Shown here piece after piece: positions 18,029-26,229 of a stretch of DNA of 32,000 bases. A program made the position numbers and the translations under genes. The notes under the pieces were generated by a model, which saw only the letters and a list, made by a program, of their open reading frames with translations, did not search any database and was not told the DNA's origin. Each line of letters starts with the position of its first letter. The first letter of the stretch is position 1. Origin of the DNA: Methanopyrus kandleri AV19 (GTDB lineage: Archaea > JAADCQ01 > Methanopyri > Methanopyrales > Methanopyraceae); the NCBI RefSeq assembly GCF_000007185.1, contig NC_003551.1:750001-782000 (forward strand), written 5' to 3'.

Positions 18029-18816
18029 GTCTGATCACGTTGACCACGGACTTCGGGCTCGGTTCTCCGTATCCGGCCCAGGTTAAAGCTGTGATTCTCA
18101 GAATCGCGGCCCCAGGCGTCGATATCGTCGACGTAACCCACGAAGTCCCGGCACAGGACGTGGTGGCTGGTTCCTACGTGATGTCAGTCGCGTGTCCGTG
18201 GTTTCCACCGGGGTCCGTCCACGTGGGTGTGGTGGATCCCGGAGTGGGGACCGAGCGTAGGGCCGTCCTACTGGAGGCGGAGCGCGGGGACTTCTTGGTG
18301 GGACCGGACAACGGCCTCCTGATACCTCTCGCCGAAGAGCTCGGTGGAATCGTCCGGGCCTTTCGTATCCTCGAGGACGAAGTCTCGGACTGGGAAGTCT
18401 CCGCTACCTTCCACGGACGCGACGTATTCGCCCCAGCCGCCGCGCGAGTGGCGTCAGGTGAGAGTCCGGAGAGGTTCTGTGAACCCCTAGACCCAGAGGA
18501 ACTAGTCGAGCCACCGATCGCCGAACCTGAAGTGGACGACGGCCACGTGCGTGCCCAGGTGTGGTTCGTGGATGACTTCGGGAACATCATCACGAACGTC
18601 CTGTACGACGAGGTGGACCTGCCCGAGACCGTGACGATCCGCGTCTCCGGGGAATCCTTCGAGGCTAGGCACGTCCACACGTATGGGGAGGCGGACTCCG
18701 GTGATCTGGTTGTCCTACGGTCTTCCTCCGACCACCTGGAAATCGCGGTCGTAGAGGGGAGCGCTGCCGAACTGCTCGGCGTCTCGACGGCCGACCGGCT
18801 CGAGATTCTCTACTGA
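18025..18816 (+). CDS. S-adenosyl-L-methionine hydroxide adenosyltransferase (DUF62/SAM hydrolase)
   Basis: LITLTTDFGLGSPYPAQVKAVI, VTHEVPAQDVVAGSYVM, VGVVDPGVGTERRAV, GPDNGLLIPLAEE, TFHGRDVFAPAAA, DDFGNIITNV. TTG 18025 preferred over the track TTG 18007. Confidence 0.93.
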   Translation: MRLITLTTDFGLGSPYPAQVKAVILRIAAPGVDIVDVTHEVPAQDVVAGSYVMSVACPWFPPGSVHVGVVDPGVGTERRAVLLEAERGDFLVGPDNGLLIPLAEELGGIVRAFRILEDEVSDWEVSATFHGRDVFAPAAARVASGESPERFCEPLDPEELVEPPIAEPEVDDGHVRAQVWFVDDFGNIITNVLYDEVDLPETVTIRVSGESFEARHVHTYGEADSGDLVVLRSSSDHLEIAVVEGSAAELLGVSTADRLEILY

Positions 18817-18855
18817 CCGTGCGGAAGCGGACCGCGCGGGGTTCCCCGGTGCGGA

Positions 18856-20355
18856 TTAATCCCGTCGCACCTCTGTTACGGCCTCGGGCTCAGCCGCCCA
18901 CGGGTTTCTGAGGACCTTCGGAACATACTCAGCGACGTCTTCCGCCGTGAGTCCCTGGGATAACCTCCGCTCCGCCAAGCATCCGGCGCTACCCACTACG
19001 AACGCCCCGATACACGCGGCTTCGAACCCTTCCCTACACCGGGCTGCGACTCCGGCGACGACCCCGGCGAGTACGTCACCCGTGCCTCCTACGGTCATCG
19101 CCGGGGTTCCCGTGACGTTCCATCTGATCTCGCCGTCGGGGGACCCGATGACGTCAACTCTACCTTTCAGTAGGATGGTGCATCCGAGTTCCTCCGAAAC
19201 CCGCCGGACGGCTTCCGAACGATCCTCGAGAGATCTCCCCAGCTCCTCCCCGAACTCCCTCCTGAACTCCCCCGCATGTGGCGTTAGAACGAACCTATCG
19301 TCCACGTTTACCCCCGAGATTCCTCGCAGTCCGTCGGCGTCGACGATAATCATCCCGTCGAAGGACTCCGCCAGCTCTCTCAGGATTCCGACGGAGTCCG
19401 CGTCTGCGCCGAGTCCGGGCCCGACTACTACAGTGTCCACGCCCTCGAGGTCAACTTCATCCAGGTGCTCTGGCTCGAGCCGCTCCGCGGGGACCGCTCT
19501 GTAGATAACGTTCGGGTCGTTCTTGGGCACCGCGTCGACGGTTAGCAGGAAGACGAGGTCCACACCGGCCCTGAGCGCGCCTCGTGCGGCCAGCTGTGGC
19601 GCTCCAACGTACTTCCGCGAGCCGCCTATGATCAGTACGCGGCCGTGCTGGCCCTTATGCGACCAGGGATCGCGCCGCCAGATATCCGAGGTGATGAGGT
19701 CGCCCGGACCGCAGATCCGCTCGGCTATCTCGGGGATCCCCGCGTTCACCCTCCGGAGGAACACGTCTCGTAGCTTCCGAACGCCACGTTTATGTCGATG
19801 TATCGACACTACCAGGTCCGCTTCGACGGCGACGTCCGGTGTCTCTCCGCTGTCGGGATCGAGCCCTGTAGGAATGTCGATGGAGACCACTCGCGTCCCC
19901 GCACGTGAGGCCTCGTTGATCCGAAGGACCGCCGATCTCACGGGTTCGCGCAGCCGTCCTCGGATCCCGAACCCGAGGAGCGCGTCGACGACTACGTCCC
20001 GCTCGAAATCGACGCTCTCGAGATCTTCCGAATCTCGGACCTCCTGGACGGGGATCCCCGCGCGGTCCAGCCTCCTGAGGTTCAACTCGGCCGCCTCGTT
20101 CTTGATGGCCTCACGCCGTCCCACGAGGAGCACATCGACGTCCACTCCCTCGGAGTCCAGGTGGCGGGCGGTGACGAACCCGTCCCCACCGTTTCCACCT
20201 GTACCACAGACGACCAAGACGTCGTTTGGGGAGTATTCCCCGATCACTACCCTAGCCACGCCGGCTCCGGCGTTCTCCATCATGAAGTCCTCTTCAAAGC
20301 CCAGCCACCGCGAGTTGAGCTCGATCCTCCTCATTTCCTTCGAGGTGATGAACAC
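18856..20355 (-). CDS. nnr: Bifunctional NAD(P)H-hydrate repair enzyme: N-terminal epimerase and C-terminal ADP-dependent dehydratase
   Basis: VVCGTGGNGGDGFVTARHL, ALLGFGIRGRLREP, DIPTGLDPDSGE; C-terminal ADGLRGI, LTPHAGEFRREF, GRVDVIGSPDG, TGTPAMTVGGTGDVLAGVVAG. Confidence 0.95.
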   Translation of the reverse strand: MFITSKEMRRIELNSRWLGFEEDFMMENAGAGVARVVIGEYSPNDVLVVCGTGGNGGDGFVTARHLDSEGVDVDVLLVGRREAIKNEAAELNLRRLDRAGIPVQEVRDSEDLESVDFERDVVVDALLGFGIRGRLREPVRSAVLRINEASRAGTRVVSIDIPTGLDPDSGETPDVAVEADLVVSIHRHKRGVRKLRDVFLRRVNAGIPEIAERICGPGDLITSDIWRRDPWSHKGQHGRVLIIGGSRKYVGAPQLAARGALRAGVDLVFLLTVDAVPKNDPNVIYRAVPAERLEPEHLDEVDLEGVDTVVVGPGLGADADSVGILRELAESFDGMIIVDADGLRGISGVNVDDRFVLTPHAGEFRREFGEELGRSLEDRSEAVRRVSEELGCTILLKGRVDVIGSPDGEIRWNVTGTPAMTVGGTGDVLAGVVAGVAARCREGFEAACIGAFVVGSAGCLAERRLSQGLTAEDVAEYVPKVLRNPWAAEPEAVTEVRRD

Positions 20356-20474
20356 GGATCCACCCCCAAGTGTGCGGAGAACGGGAACGGGAGCGTACTC
20401 GTTCCACCGGAAGCGTCAACCGGGGGGAAACACGGATTAAGGACCGTGGGATTTCGTGGCAGGGGAAGTCGGCC

Positions 20475-21254
20475 GTGGAGGTCCACGAGCTTACGATTCT
20501 AGGCGGTACCGATAAAGATGGTCGGCCCGAACCCGTCTGAGAACTTACTCTGGAACGTGGAACGATAGCCGCGGTCGTAGGTCTCACCGGCTCAGGTAAA
20601 TCCGCGCTACTGCGTGACGTCGAAATCCTAGCGCAGGGTGACACCGAGACAGGCCGCAGAATCCTGCTCGACGGTGAGGAACCATCCGATGATCTCCGGT
20701 TCGATCCGGAGCACCGTCTTGTTGCCCACGTGACCCAAACCATGGGATTCCTCGCCGACTGTACCGTCCGCGAGTTCGTCGAGATACACGCCGAGAGCCG
20801 TGGCGTCGACGTCGATCCAGAGGAGGTCGTCGATGTCGCCAATCGTTTCACGGGTGAACCGATAGATCCGGACATGAAGATGACCGAACTCAGCGGTGGT
20901 CAGTCACGGTCACTCATGATAGCCGACGTGGCTTTGATCAGCGACTCACCCGTCGTCCTCATCGACGAAATCGAGAACGCAGGAATCTGCAAACACGAAG
21001 CTCTCGACGAGCTCACGGCGCGAGATAAGATCGTCCTCTTGGTCACTCACGACCCCGTCGTGGCCTTACGATCCGATTTCCGGATCGTCATGCGGAACGG
21101 AGCGATGACCGAGATAGTGGAGACGACGCAGCGAGAACGGGAAGTCGCCGAGCTCCTCGAGCGCGTGGACACGTGGCTCCTCGACCTCCGAAACCGCGTC
21201 CGCTGTGGTGAGCGCCTGGACGATGTCGAACCACCTGCGGGGATCGAGACGTGA
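20475..21254 (+). CDS. Stand-alone ABC-type ATPase; reading frame interrupted by in-frame TGA at 20538-20540
   Basis: Manual translation: VEVHELTILGGTDKDGRPEPV-TGA-ELTLERGTIAAVVGLTGSGKSALLRDVEILAQGDTETG...LSGGQSRSLMIADVALISDSPVVLIDEIENAG...LLVTHDPV. Track lists only 20730-21254, which lacks Walker A. Confidence 0.82.
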
Positions 21255-21961
21255 AGCTGGTAATAGTCTCGGGCACGCCCGGATCCGGTAAGACCGCCGT
21301 CATCCTCCACGCACTGGAACGACTACTCGACCAGTACAACCCCGCTGTCGTCAAAGTCGACTGTCTCCGCACCGACGACCATGAGGTGTACCGTGAGCGC
21401 TTAGGGATTCCCGCCACCGACGCCCTAGCTAAGGACATGTGTCCCGACCACTTCGCAGCTTATAACCTCGAACACATGGTTCGCTGGGCCGAAGAACACG
21501 GTGCGGACCTGCTCGTCGTGGAAACCGCGGGTCTCTGCCTCCGCTGCGCACCCTACGTCGATGCCTGTCTTGGAGTCTGCGTCGCCGACGTCACCTTAGG
21601 TCCGAACTCCCCAGCCAAGGTCGGTCCCTTCCTGCAGACAGCCGACGTTGTCTGCGTCAACAAGGGCGACCTGGTCTCCCAGGCCGAACGTGAGGTCTAC
21701 GTTCGGAAGGTGGCCGAGGTGAATCCAGACTGTCGGGTCATCGAAACCAACGGACTCACCGGAGCCGGCTGTGAACTACTAGCTCGACTGATCGAAGAGG
21801 AAGCCCCCGAGCTGCCCGATACCCTCGACGAAGTCAGACTCCGTGAGAAGGCTCCGCTCGCCGTCTGCACGCTCTGCGTGGGCGAGACACGGGTTGCCGA
21901 GCGTTACCACCGTGGGGTGCTCAGGCGCATTGACGGATTCACGGAGTACCGAGGTGAGTAA
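21251..21961 (+). CDS. P-loop GTPase-like protein (HypB/CobW/UreG-like class), Cys-rich
   Basis: VSGTPGSGKTAVILHAL, VVKVDCLRTDDHEVY, LLVVETAGLCLRCAPYVDACLGVCVADVT, VVCVNKGDLV; GTGA overlap with the ABC ATPase gene. Confidence 0.82.
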   Translation: MKLVIVSGTPGSGKTAVILHALERLLDQYNPAVVKVDCLRTDDHEVYRERLGIPATDALAKDMCPDHFAAYNLEHMVRWAEEHGADLLVVETAGLCLRCAPYVDACLGVCVADVTLGPNSPAKVGPFLQTADVVCVNKGDLVSQAEREVYVRKVAEVNPDCRVIETNGLTGAGCELLARLIEEEAPELPDTLDEVRLREKAPLAVCTLCVGETRVAERYHRGVLRRIDGFTEYRGE

Positions 21962-22610
21962 GCTCGTCGAACTGCTTCCTGGGTTCCACTGTGGAGCCTG
22001 CGGGTACGACCGATGCGATGACTTCGCCGAGGCACTGGTCCGCGGGGAGGCCAAGCTTGACGACTGCCCTTACCTTCAAACCGAGCGGTTCGCCGAGGAG
22101 CGCCGACGGCTCGAGAAACTCCTGGAGGAGATCGGAGAAGCCGAAGGAGCGCGCCCCAGCATCACTGGAGTCCTGGACGGCTACGAGGCCGACTTAGTGC
22201 TTTCACCCCTCCCGGACGAGCCCGCCTGCCGTGAGATCCTCCATCCTTTCTGGTCCGAGGCCGATATCGAGGAGGGTGACGTCATCCGCTACAGGCCGTG
22301 GGGTTGTCCTACCACGCATTTCGCGCGCGTTCTCGATGCGGAGAAGGGTCTCCTGACAGTCCATATCGTAGGACCTAGGCACCGACTCGGCGAAACTGAC
22401 TTCGAGTATAAGGACGTTGGCCTGTGCCTCGTAGTCGGGTTCGAGGGGATCGTATCGGAAGGTAGAGTGCCCAATGTCGGGGAGACGGTCCGGTTCGTCC
22501 CGGAGCACTGCATGATGCAGAAAGTTCACTCTGGGGTGGTTATCGAGGCAGTCGGTGACCGGTTGCGCATAGAGTGTATCGACCTGAAGGTTTGGGCTCC
22601 GCCGAAGTAA
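21954..22610 (+). CDS. 4Fe-4S cluster (FeS/PF04060-like) domain protein
   Basis: GTG start MSKLVELLPGFHCGACGYDRCDDFAEALVRGEAKLDDCPYL; overlaps the upstream gene by 8 nt. Track start 21843 lies inside the upstream gene. Confidence 0.83.
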   Translation: MSKLVELLPGFHCGACGYDRCDDFAEALVRGEAKLDDCPYLQTERFAEERRRLEKLLEEIGEAEGARPSITGVLDGYEADLVLSPLPDEPACREILHPFWSEADIEEGDVIRYRPWGCPTTHFARVLDAEKGLLTVHIVGPRHRLGETDFEYKDVGLCLVVGFEGIVSEGRVPNVGETVRFVPEHCMMQKVHSGVVIEAVGDRLRIECIDLKVWAPPK

Positions 22611-22663
22611 TCCTCGGCTCAACGACGTACCATGGAGTTCGTTCCGGTATCCCTCGCTTAAGA

Positions 22664-22759
22664 GGAAACGCGGCGGTTTCCGCTATGTCGGAGCCCTGGG
22701 GATGAGGAGCGAGGAACCCTGCGGAGTGGTGGAGTGAAGAGGGGTCGACTTACCGACCC
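22664..22759. repeat. Two short hairpins in the convergent intergenic region: ggaaac(22664-69)/gtttcc(22676-81) and gggtcg(22742-47)/cgaccc(22754-59)
   Basis: Perfect 6-bp stems with 6-nt loops, read directly. The second sits just past the DUF89 stop. Confidence 0.4.
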
Positions 22760-22761
22760 TC

Positions 22762-23676
22762 TCACCTCACGATTTCCCTCCATCGTCGGACGTTCTCGTC
22801 CTCGGGTTCCCAGCGCAGTGCCACGTTGCTCCCTACTTCGACCCCTAGCTCCTCGGCGACGGGCTCGCACTTAGCCCTCAGCAGGAAGTACACGGGCACG
22901 TCGGGGAACGGCTCCTCCGGGATGGACTCGAAGTTACCTTGCCCTTTGGATATCACCACGTCGGCGGAGGATAACTCCTCGGCGAACTCCTCGCTGACTT
23001 CGGTCGCGAGCAGTCCGAGCATCTCGGCCCCCGTGTCGATCACGTCGCAGATCTCGGTAATACCGACTTGCTCGGCGTCCTCCCGCGTGGCGTCGTTCAC
23101 TATCGGACCACCGCGGACGGCCACTACCACGTCGCACTCCAACTCTTCCACCAACACCTCGATCAGCAGCTTATCCAGGGCGATCTCTCCCGCGTTATCG
23201 CACAGGTAGAGCACGCGTGCGCCTCTGAGATCCTCAGGTTTCAGGTCGAAGACTGCGAACTCCGCGCTGCTGATCTCCTCACGGAGTTCGTCGAGGTCGA
23301 ACTCATGGCCTGCTACCGCGAAGTCGATAGTGTTACCGACGATCGCCGCGGCCGCGGCCCGCTTCAGGAGTTCCTCAGGGTCCTCGATATTCTCGAGATC
23401 GCTCTCGAGCTCCCGTGCGACCGCCGCCGCGCGCTCGTTGGCCCGCCGCTTCTCCTCTCGGTAGGGGTCCGGATCCTCCGAGTACTTCATGACGGTCCGT
23501 TGTGCTTCGGTACCCAGTCTCGGAGGTTGGGGTGTGGGTTCCATCCGGTACAACTCGCTCACACGCTCGGTTGCGGCTAGGATGGCCTCCTTCTGACGAT
23601 CCTCCGGAACAGCTCGTTCGACGGTGTTTACCGCGATTTCAAGCACGCACGGTACGCACCGTGGTACTGCCCTCAT
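22762..23676 (-). CDS. DUF89 family protein (ARMT1-like damage-control phosphatase)
   Basis: RAVPRCVPCVLEIAVNTVE, AAAIVGNTIDFA, VLYLCDNAGEIALDKLLIEVL, VVISKGQGNFES, YFLLRAKCEPVAEELGV. Start revised from 23748 to ATG 23676 to match the domain and avoid overlap. Confidence 0.9.
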   Translation of the reverse strand: MRAVPRCVPCVLEIAVNTVERAVPEDRQKEAILAATERVSELYRMEPTPQPPRLGTEAQRTVMKYSEDPDPYREEKRRANERAAAVARELESDLENIEDPEELLKRAAAAAIVGNTIDFAVAGHEFDLDELREEISSAEFAVFDLKPEDLRGARVLYLCDNAGEIALDKLLIEVLVEELECDVVVAVRGGPIVNDATREDAEQVGITEICDVIDTGAEMLGLLATEVSEEFAEELSSADVVISKGQGNFESIPEEPFPDVPVYFLLRAKCEPVAEELGVEVGSNVALRWEPEDENVRRWREIVR

Positions 23677-23690
23677 TACCGACGCCCCCG

Positions 23691-24935
23691 TCACCTCAGG
23701 AACAGCCACTGCAGGTTGTGTGGTACCTTCGAGTGTTCTAAGGGCCACAGCCCGAACGGTGCCGGTGATATCAGCAGGACGAACAGGGCCACCAGCAGCA
23801 AGGCGGGTAGCCAGCTCTTGCTCTCGTCATCGTCCAAGAACGAGCGGTCGGACGGTAGTTTCGCCGTTATCTTAACCAGCACGATCACGGTCGCCACCGC
23901 TATGTGGTACCAGTGCAGCCAGCCTTGGATGAACGCCGACGCCACAGAGAACCACTTGACGGTGCGGGTATCGTAGTAATATCGCAGGATGTATCCTCCT
24001 TCGAGCGGGTACACCGGCAGGGCCGAGAGCCAGGTGATGACGAGTCCCGCCCATCCAGCCAACGTGATCGGGTTCGCGACGATTCCGAGTTCGCGCGATA
24101 GGAGCAACGTCCACGGGTTGTGCCACACGAGCATTCGGACGGGCGTATGGTCGAACGCGGAACCTAGGAGGAACATCGCGGTGGATAGTAGAAACCCGGC
24201 CACCAGACCGGCTACGCCCACCCGGCACAACGATTCAACCAGCATAGGTCGAACTTCCGAGCGAATCACCGAGGAGAATGCCCCTGGGAAGGGAGGGACC
24301 GCGAGGAAAAACGGCAGGCGCGGTCTGAGGCCTTCCACCTTCGCTACCCAGAGCTTCGCGATCTCCTTGCCGAAGTAAATCGCCGAGAACGCGAGTGCGA
24401 ACTCCACCGCGGCCCAGGTCGAGCCGAACGCCAACCATCCGCCCAAGTACGCGAATACCGGAACCGAAAGCCCCAGCAGAGCCAACCAGCCCGGCTCCTG
24501 TTCGGGAACTTCGAAACGCTGTACGACCAGCCTACCGGCCTTCCCCTCCGGTTCCGCTGTGAATTTCATCTCAGCAAGCTTCCTAGCCAGGCGATGCGCG
24601 TCTCCCTTCCGCTCGTAGTGGAAAACGACCGAACCGTCCTCCCGGACACGGAACTCCTTCACCTCGTATCCCGCACTTTCGAGGGCCCTTTCAACACTCT
24701 TAACGTCTTTATACGATGGAAACATCGACGGGTCGGCATCCGTACGGAACACGCCCTCGACTAGTAACGTCCCACCACATTTAGGGCACTTACCCTTCCG
24801 CTCGTATACTACCTCACGGTCGTGGGGTTTGAATTCGAAGTAATCGCAATTGTCACACACGAGCAAGGTTACCAGCTCATACTCCTCCTCTACCTTCTCG
24901 GCTGCCACGGGTTCCAGGGGTAACTGTCGTCTCAT
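23691..24935 (-). CDS. Site-2-protease-like polytopic membrane protein with N-terminal zinc ribbon; HExxH degenerate
   Basis: CDNCDYFEF...CPKCGGTLL ribbon; FALAFSAIYFGKEIAKLWVAKVEGLRPRLPFFLAVPPFPGAFSSVIR and LPVYPLEGGYILRYYY match the S2P topology, but the HExxH position reads KEIAK. Confidence 0.78.
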   Translation of the reverse strand: MRRQLPLEPVAAEKVEEEYELVTLLVCDNCDYFEFKPHDREVVYERKGKCPKCGGTLLVEGVFRTDADPSMFPSYKDVKSVERALESAGYEVKEFRVREDGSVVFHYERKGDAHRLARKLAEMKFTAEPEGKAGRLVVQRFEVPEQEPGWLALLGLSVPVFAYLGGWLAFGSTWAAVEFALAFSAIYFGKEIAKLWVAKVEGLRPRLPFFLAVPPFPGAFSSVIRSEVRPMLVESLCRVGVAGLVAGFLLSTAMFLLGSAFDHTPVRMLVWHNPWTLLLSRELGIVANPITLAGWAGLVITWLSALPVYPLEGGYILRYYYDTRTVKWFSVASAFIQGWLHWYHIAVATVIVLVKITAKLPSDRSFLDDDESKSWLPALLLVALFVLLISPAPFGLWPLEHSKVPHNLQWLFLR

Positions 24936-24936
24936 T

Positions 24937-25368
24937 TCACTCCCCCACCACGGTCACGAGCAGACGACGAGATCGTGGGCCGTCTAACTCCACGAACAGC
25001 ACGGATTGCCAGGTTCCCAGTACGAGATCACCGTCGGATACGGGGATGGTGACGGAACTCCCTAGGAGTAGAGCGCGCAGGTGTGCATCGGCGTTGTTGT
25101 CGATTCTATCGTGTTCGTACCCCGCACCTTGGGGCACTAGCTCTTCAAGCTTATTAACGATATCACGGAGGAGACCCGACTCGGGCTCGTTCACGACCAC
25201 GGCCGCGGTGGTGTGCCGTGAGTACACGTGAGCGATCCCTTTCTCCACTCCGCTCTCCCTAACTTTCTCTCTGACCTGGTCGGTGACGTCGATCACCTGA
25301 ACCCTGCGTTCCGACTTGATCCTCAGCTCGGCCTGGTACACTGACAACGCCCGCACCCCGGGGGACAT
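24937..25368 (-). CDS. yjbQ: YjbQ/UPF0047 family protein (secondary thiamine-phosphate synthase-like)
   Basis: VIDVTDQVREKVRESGVEKGIAHVYSRHTTAAVVVNEPESGLLRDI, GYEHDRIDNNADAHLRALLLGSSVTIPVSDGDLVLGTWQSVLFVELDGPRSRRLLV. Confidence 0.92.
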   Translation of the reverse strand: MSPGVRALSVYQAELRIKSERRVQVIDVTDQVREKVRESGVEKGIAHVYSRHTTAAVVVNEPESGLLRDIVNKLEELVPQGAGYEHDRIDNNADAHLRALLLGSSVTIPVSDGDLVLGTWQSVLFVELDGPRSRRLLVTVVGE

Positions 25369-25371
25369 CCT

Positions 25372-26106
25372 GTGGAACTGCCGTCGATGAAGCTCCCGTC
25401 GGCACACGTGGAGCCGCTGAAGCTGGCCACGGCGATCGTAATAGCCTTGCTCCTCGTGAAGATCATGGGTCGAGCGGCTCGGGCCGTTCGGGGTAAGCTC
25501 GAAGAGGAGGACTTACAGGATTTGGGGTGGTGGGTGGAGAAGACGCTCCTGTATGGTTCTTACCTCCTGGCGTTCTCGATAGTCCTCGAGTCCCTAGGGG
25601 TGAGCCTCTGGGCTCTCGTCACTGGATTAGGGCTGGCCGGAGCCGGTATCGCGGTAGCCGCCCGTGATCTTATTGCGAACCTACTAGCGGGGTTGTACCT
25701 GGCACTGGAGCGCCCCTTCGAAGTGGGTGACAGAATCCGAGTCGGTGAGTACTCAGGGGAGGTGGTTGACCTCCGAATCCGGTGCACGGTGTTGAAGTCC
25801 AGAGGTCGGAGGATAGTCATTCCCAACTCCGTTCTAGTCAACGAGACCGTGGAGAAGCTGGACGACTCCGACGAATGCGAGTTCGAGGTCGTAGTAGAGG
25901 GATCCCCGGGTGAAATCGGGCGCCGGTTGGCCGCGCTCGAAAAAGAGTTGGACTCCCTAAAGCTGAAGTATTACGAGATCTCGGTGGAACGTGTGGAGTC
26001 GGGCAGGACGCTGGTCCGGGTGCGGACGGCTGGGAAGGAAGTGGATAGTGTGCATGGGGCGGTTCGACGCGCGCTCGTGAAGAGGCCTGGCGGGACAGAC
26101 CGCTGA
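25372..26106 (+). CDS. MscS-type small-conductance mechanosensitive channel
   Basis: GLAGAGIAVAARDLIANLLAGLYLALERPFEVGDRIRVGEYSGEVVDLRIRCTVLKSRGRRIVIPNSVLVNE. Confidence 0.93.
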   Translation: MELPSMKLPSAHVEPLKLATAIVIALLLVKIMGRAARAVRGKLEEEDLQDLGWWVEKTLLYGSYLLAFSIVLESLGVSLWALVTGLGLAGAGIAVAARDLIANLLAGLYLALERPFEVGDRIRVGEYSGEVVDLRIRCTVLKSRGRRIVIPNSVLVNETVEKLDDSDECEFEVVVEGSPGEIGRRLAALEKELDSLKLKYYEISVERVESGRTLVRVRTAGKEVDSVHGAVRRALVKRPGGTDR

Positions 26107-26190
26107 GGGATGACGATTAACCGGGAGCCGGGAGCGGATTCCGCCCCGATCCCTTATTGTTACACAGTCCGCAACGAACCGGGGATCCGG

Positions 26191-26197
26191 TTTATAG
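26191..26197 (+). promoter_or_regulatory. TATA-like element (ccggTTTATAGttac) upstream of the Ftr paralogue
   Basis: About 33-39 bp upstream of GTG 26230, in a 123-bp non-coding stretch if the start is revised. Confidence 0.5.
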
Positions 26198-26229
26198 TTA
26201 CTTTCACTCTACTCCTCGGGGGGAGTTTG

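Noticed and set aside
20345-20351. GTGATGA resembling a C box
   Set aside because: Lies within the nnr start codon region with no CTGA at a suitable distance; chance match.
19523-20440. 305-aa ORF on the + strand
   Set aside because: Antisense to nnr, whose protein is unambiguous; composition is Ser/Arg/Pro-rich.
20538-20540. Selenocysteine codon
   Set aside because: TGA recoding occurs in some methanogens, but this position is normally hydrophobic in ABC ATPases and no free 3' UTR exists for a SECIS because the next gene overlaps. Kept only as a low-probability explanation.
20294-20875. 193-aa - strand ORF covering the ABC ATPase N-terminus
   Set aside because: Antisense to Walker A coding sequence and overlapping the nnr start; Ser/Arg-rich shadow ORF. 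It does not explain the in-frame TGA.
22203-22622. 139-aa - strand ORF
   Set aside because: Antisense to the well-supported 4Fe-4S protein gene.
22611-22761. tRNA or C/D box sRNA in the 151-bp convergent gap
   Set aside because: Contains small hairpins and a GATGA string, but no paired C/D boxes, T-loop GTTCRA motif or cloverleaf could be found on either strand.
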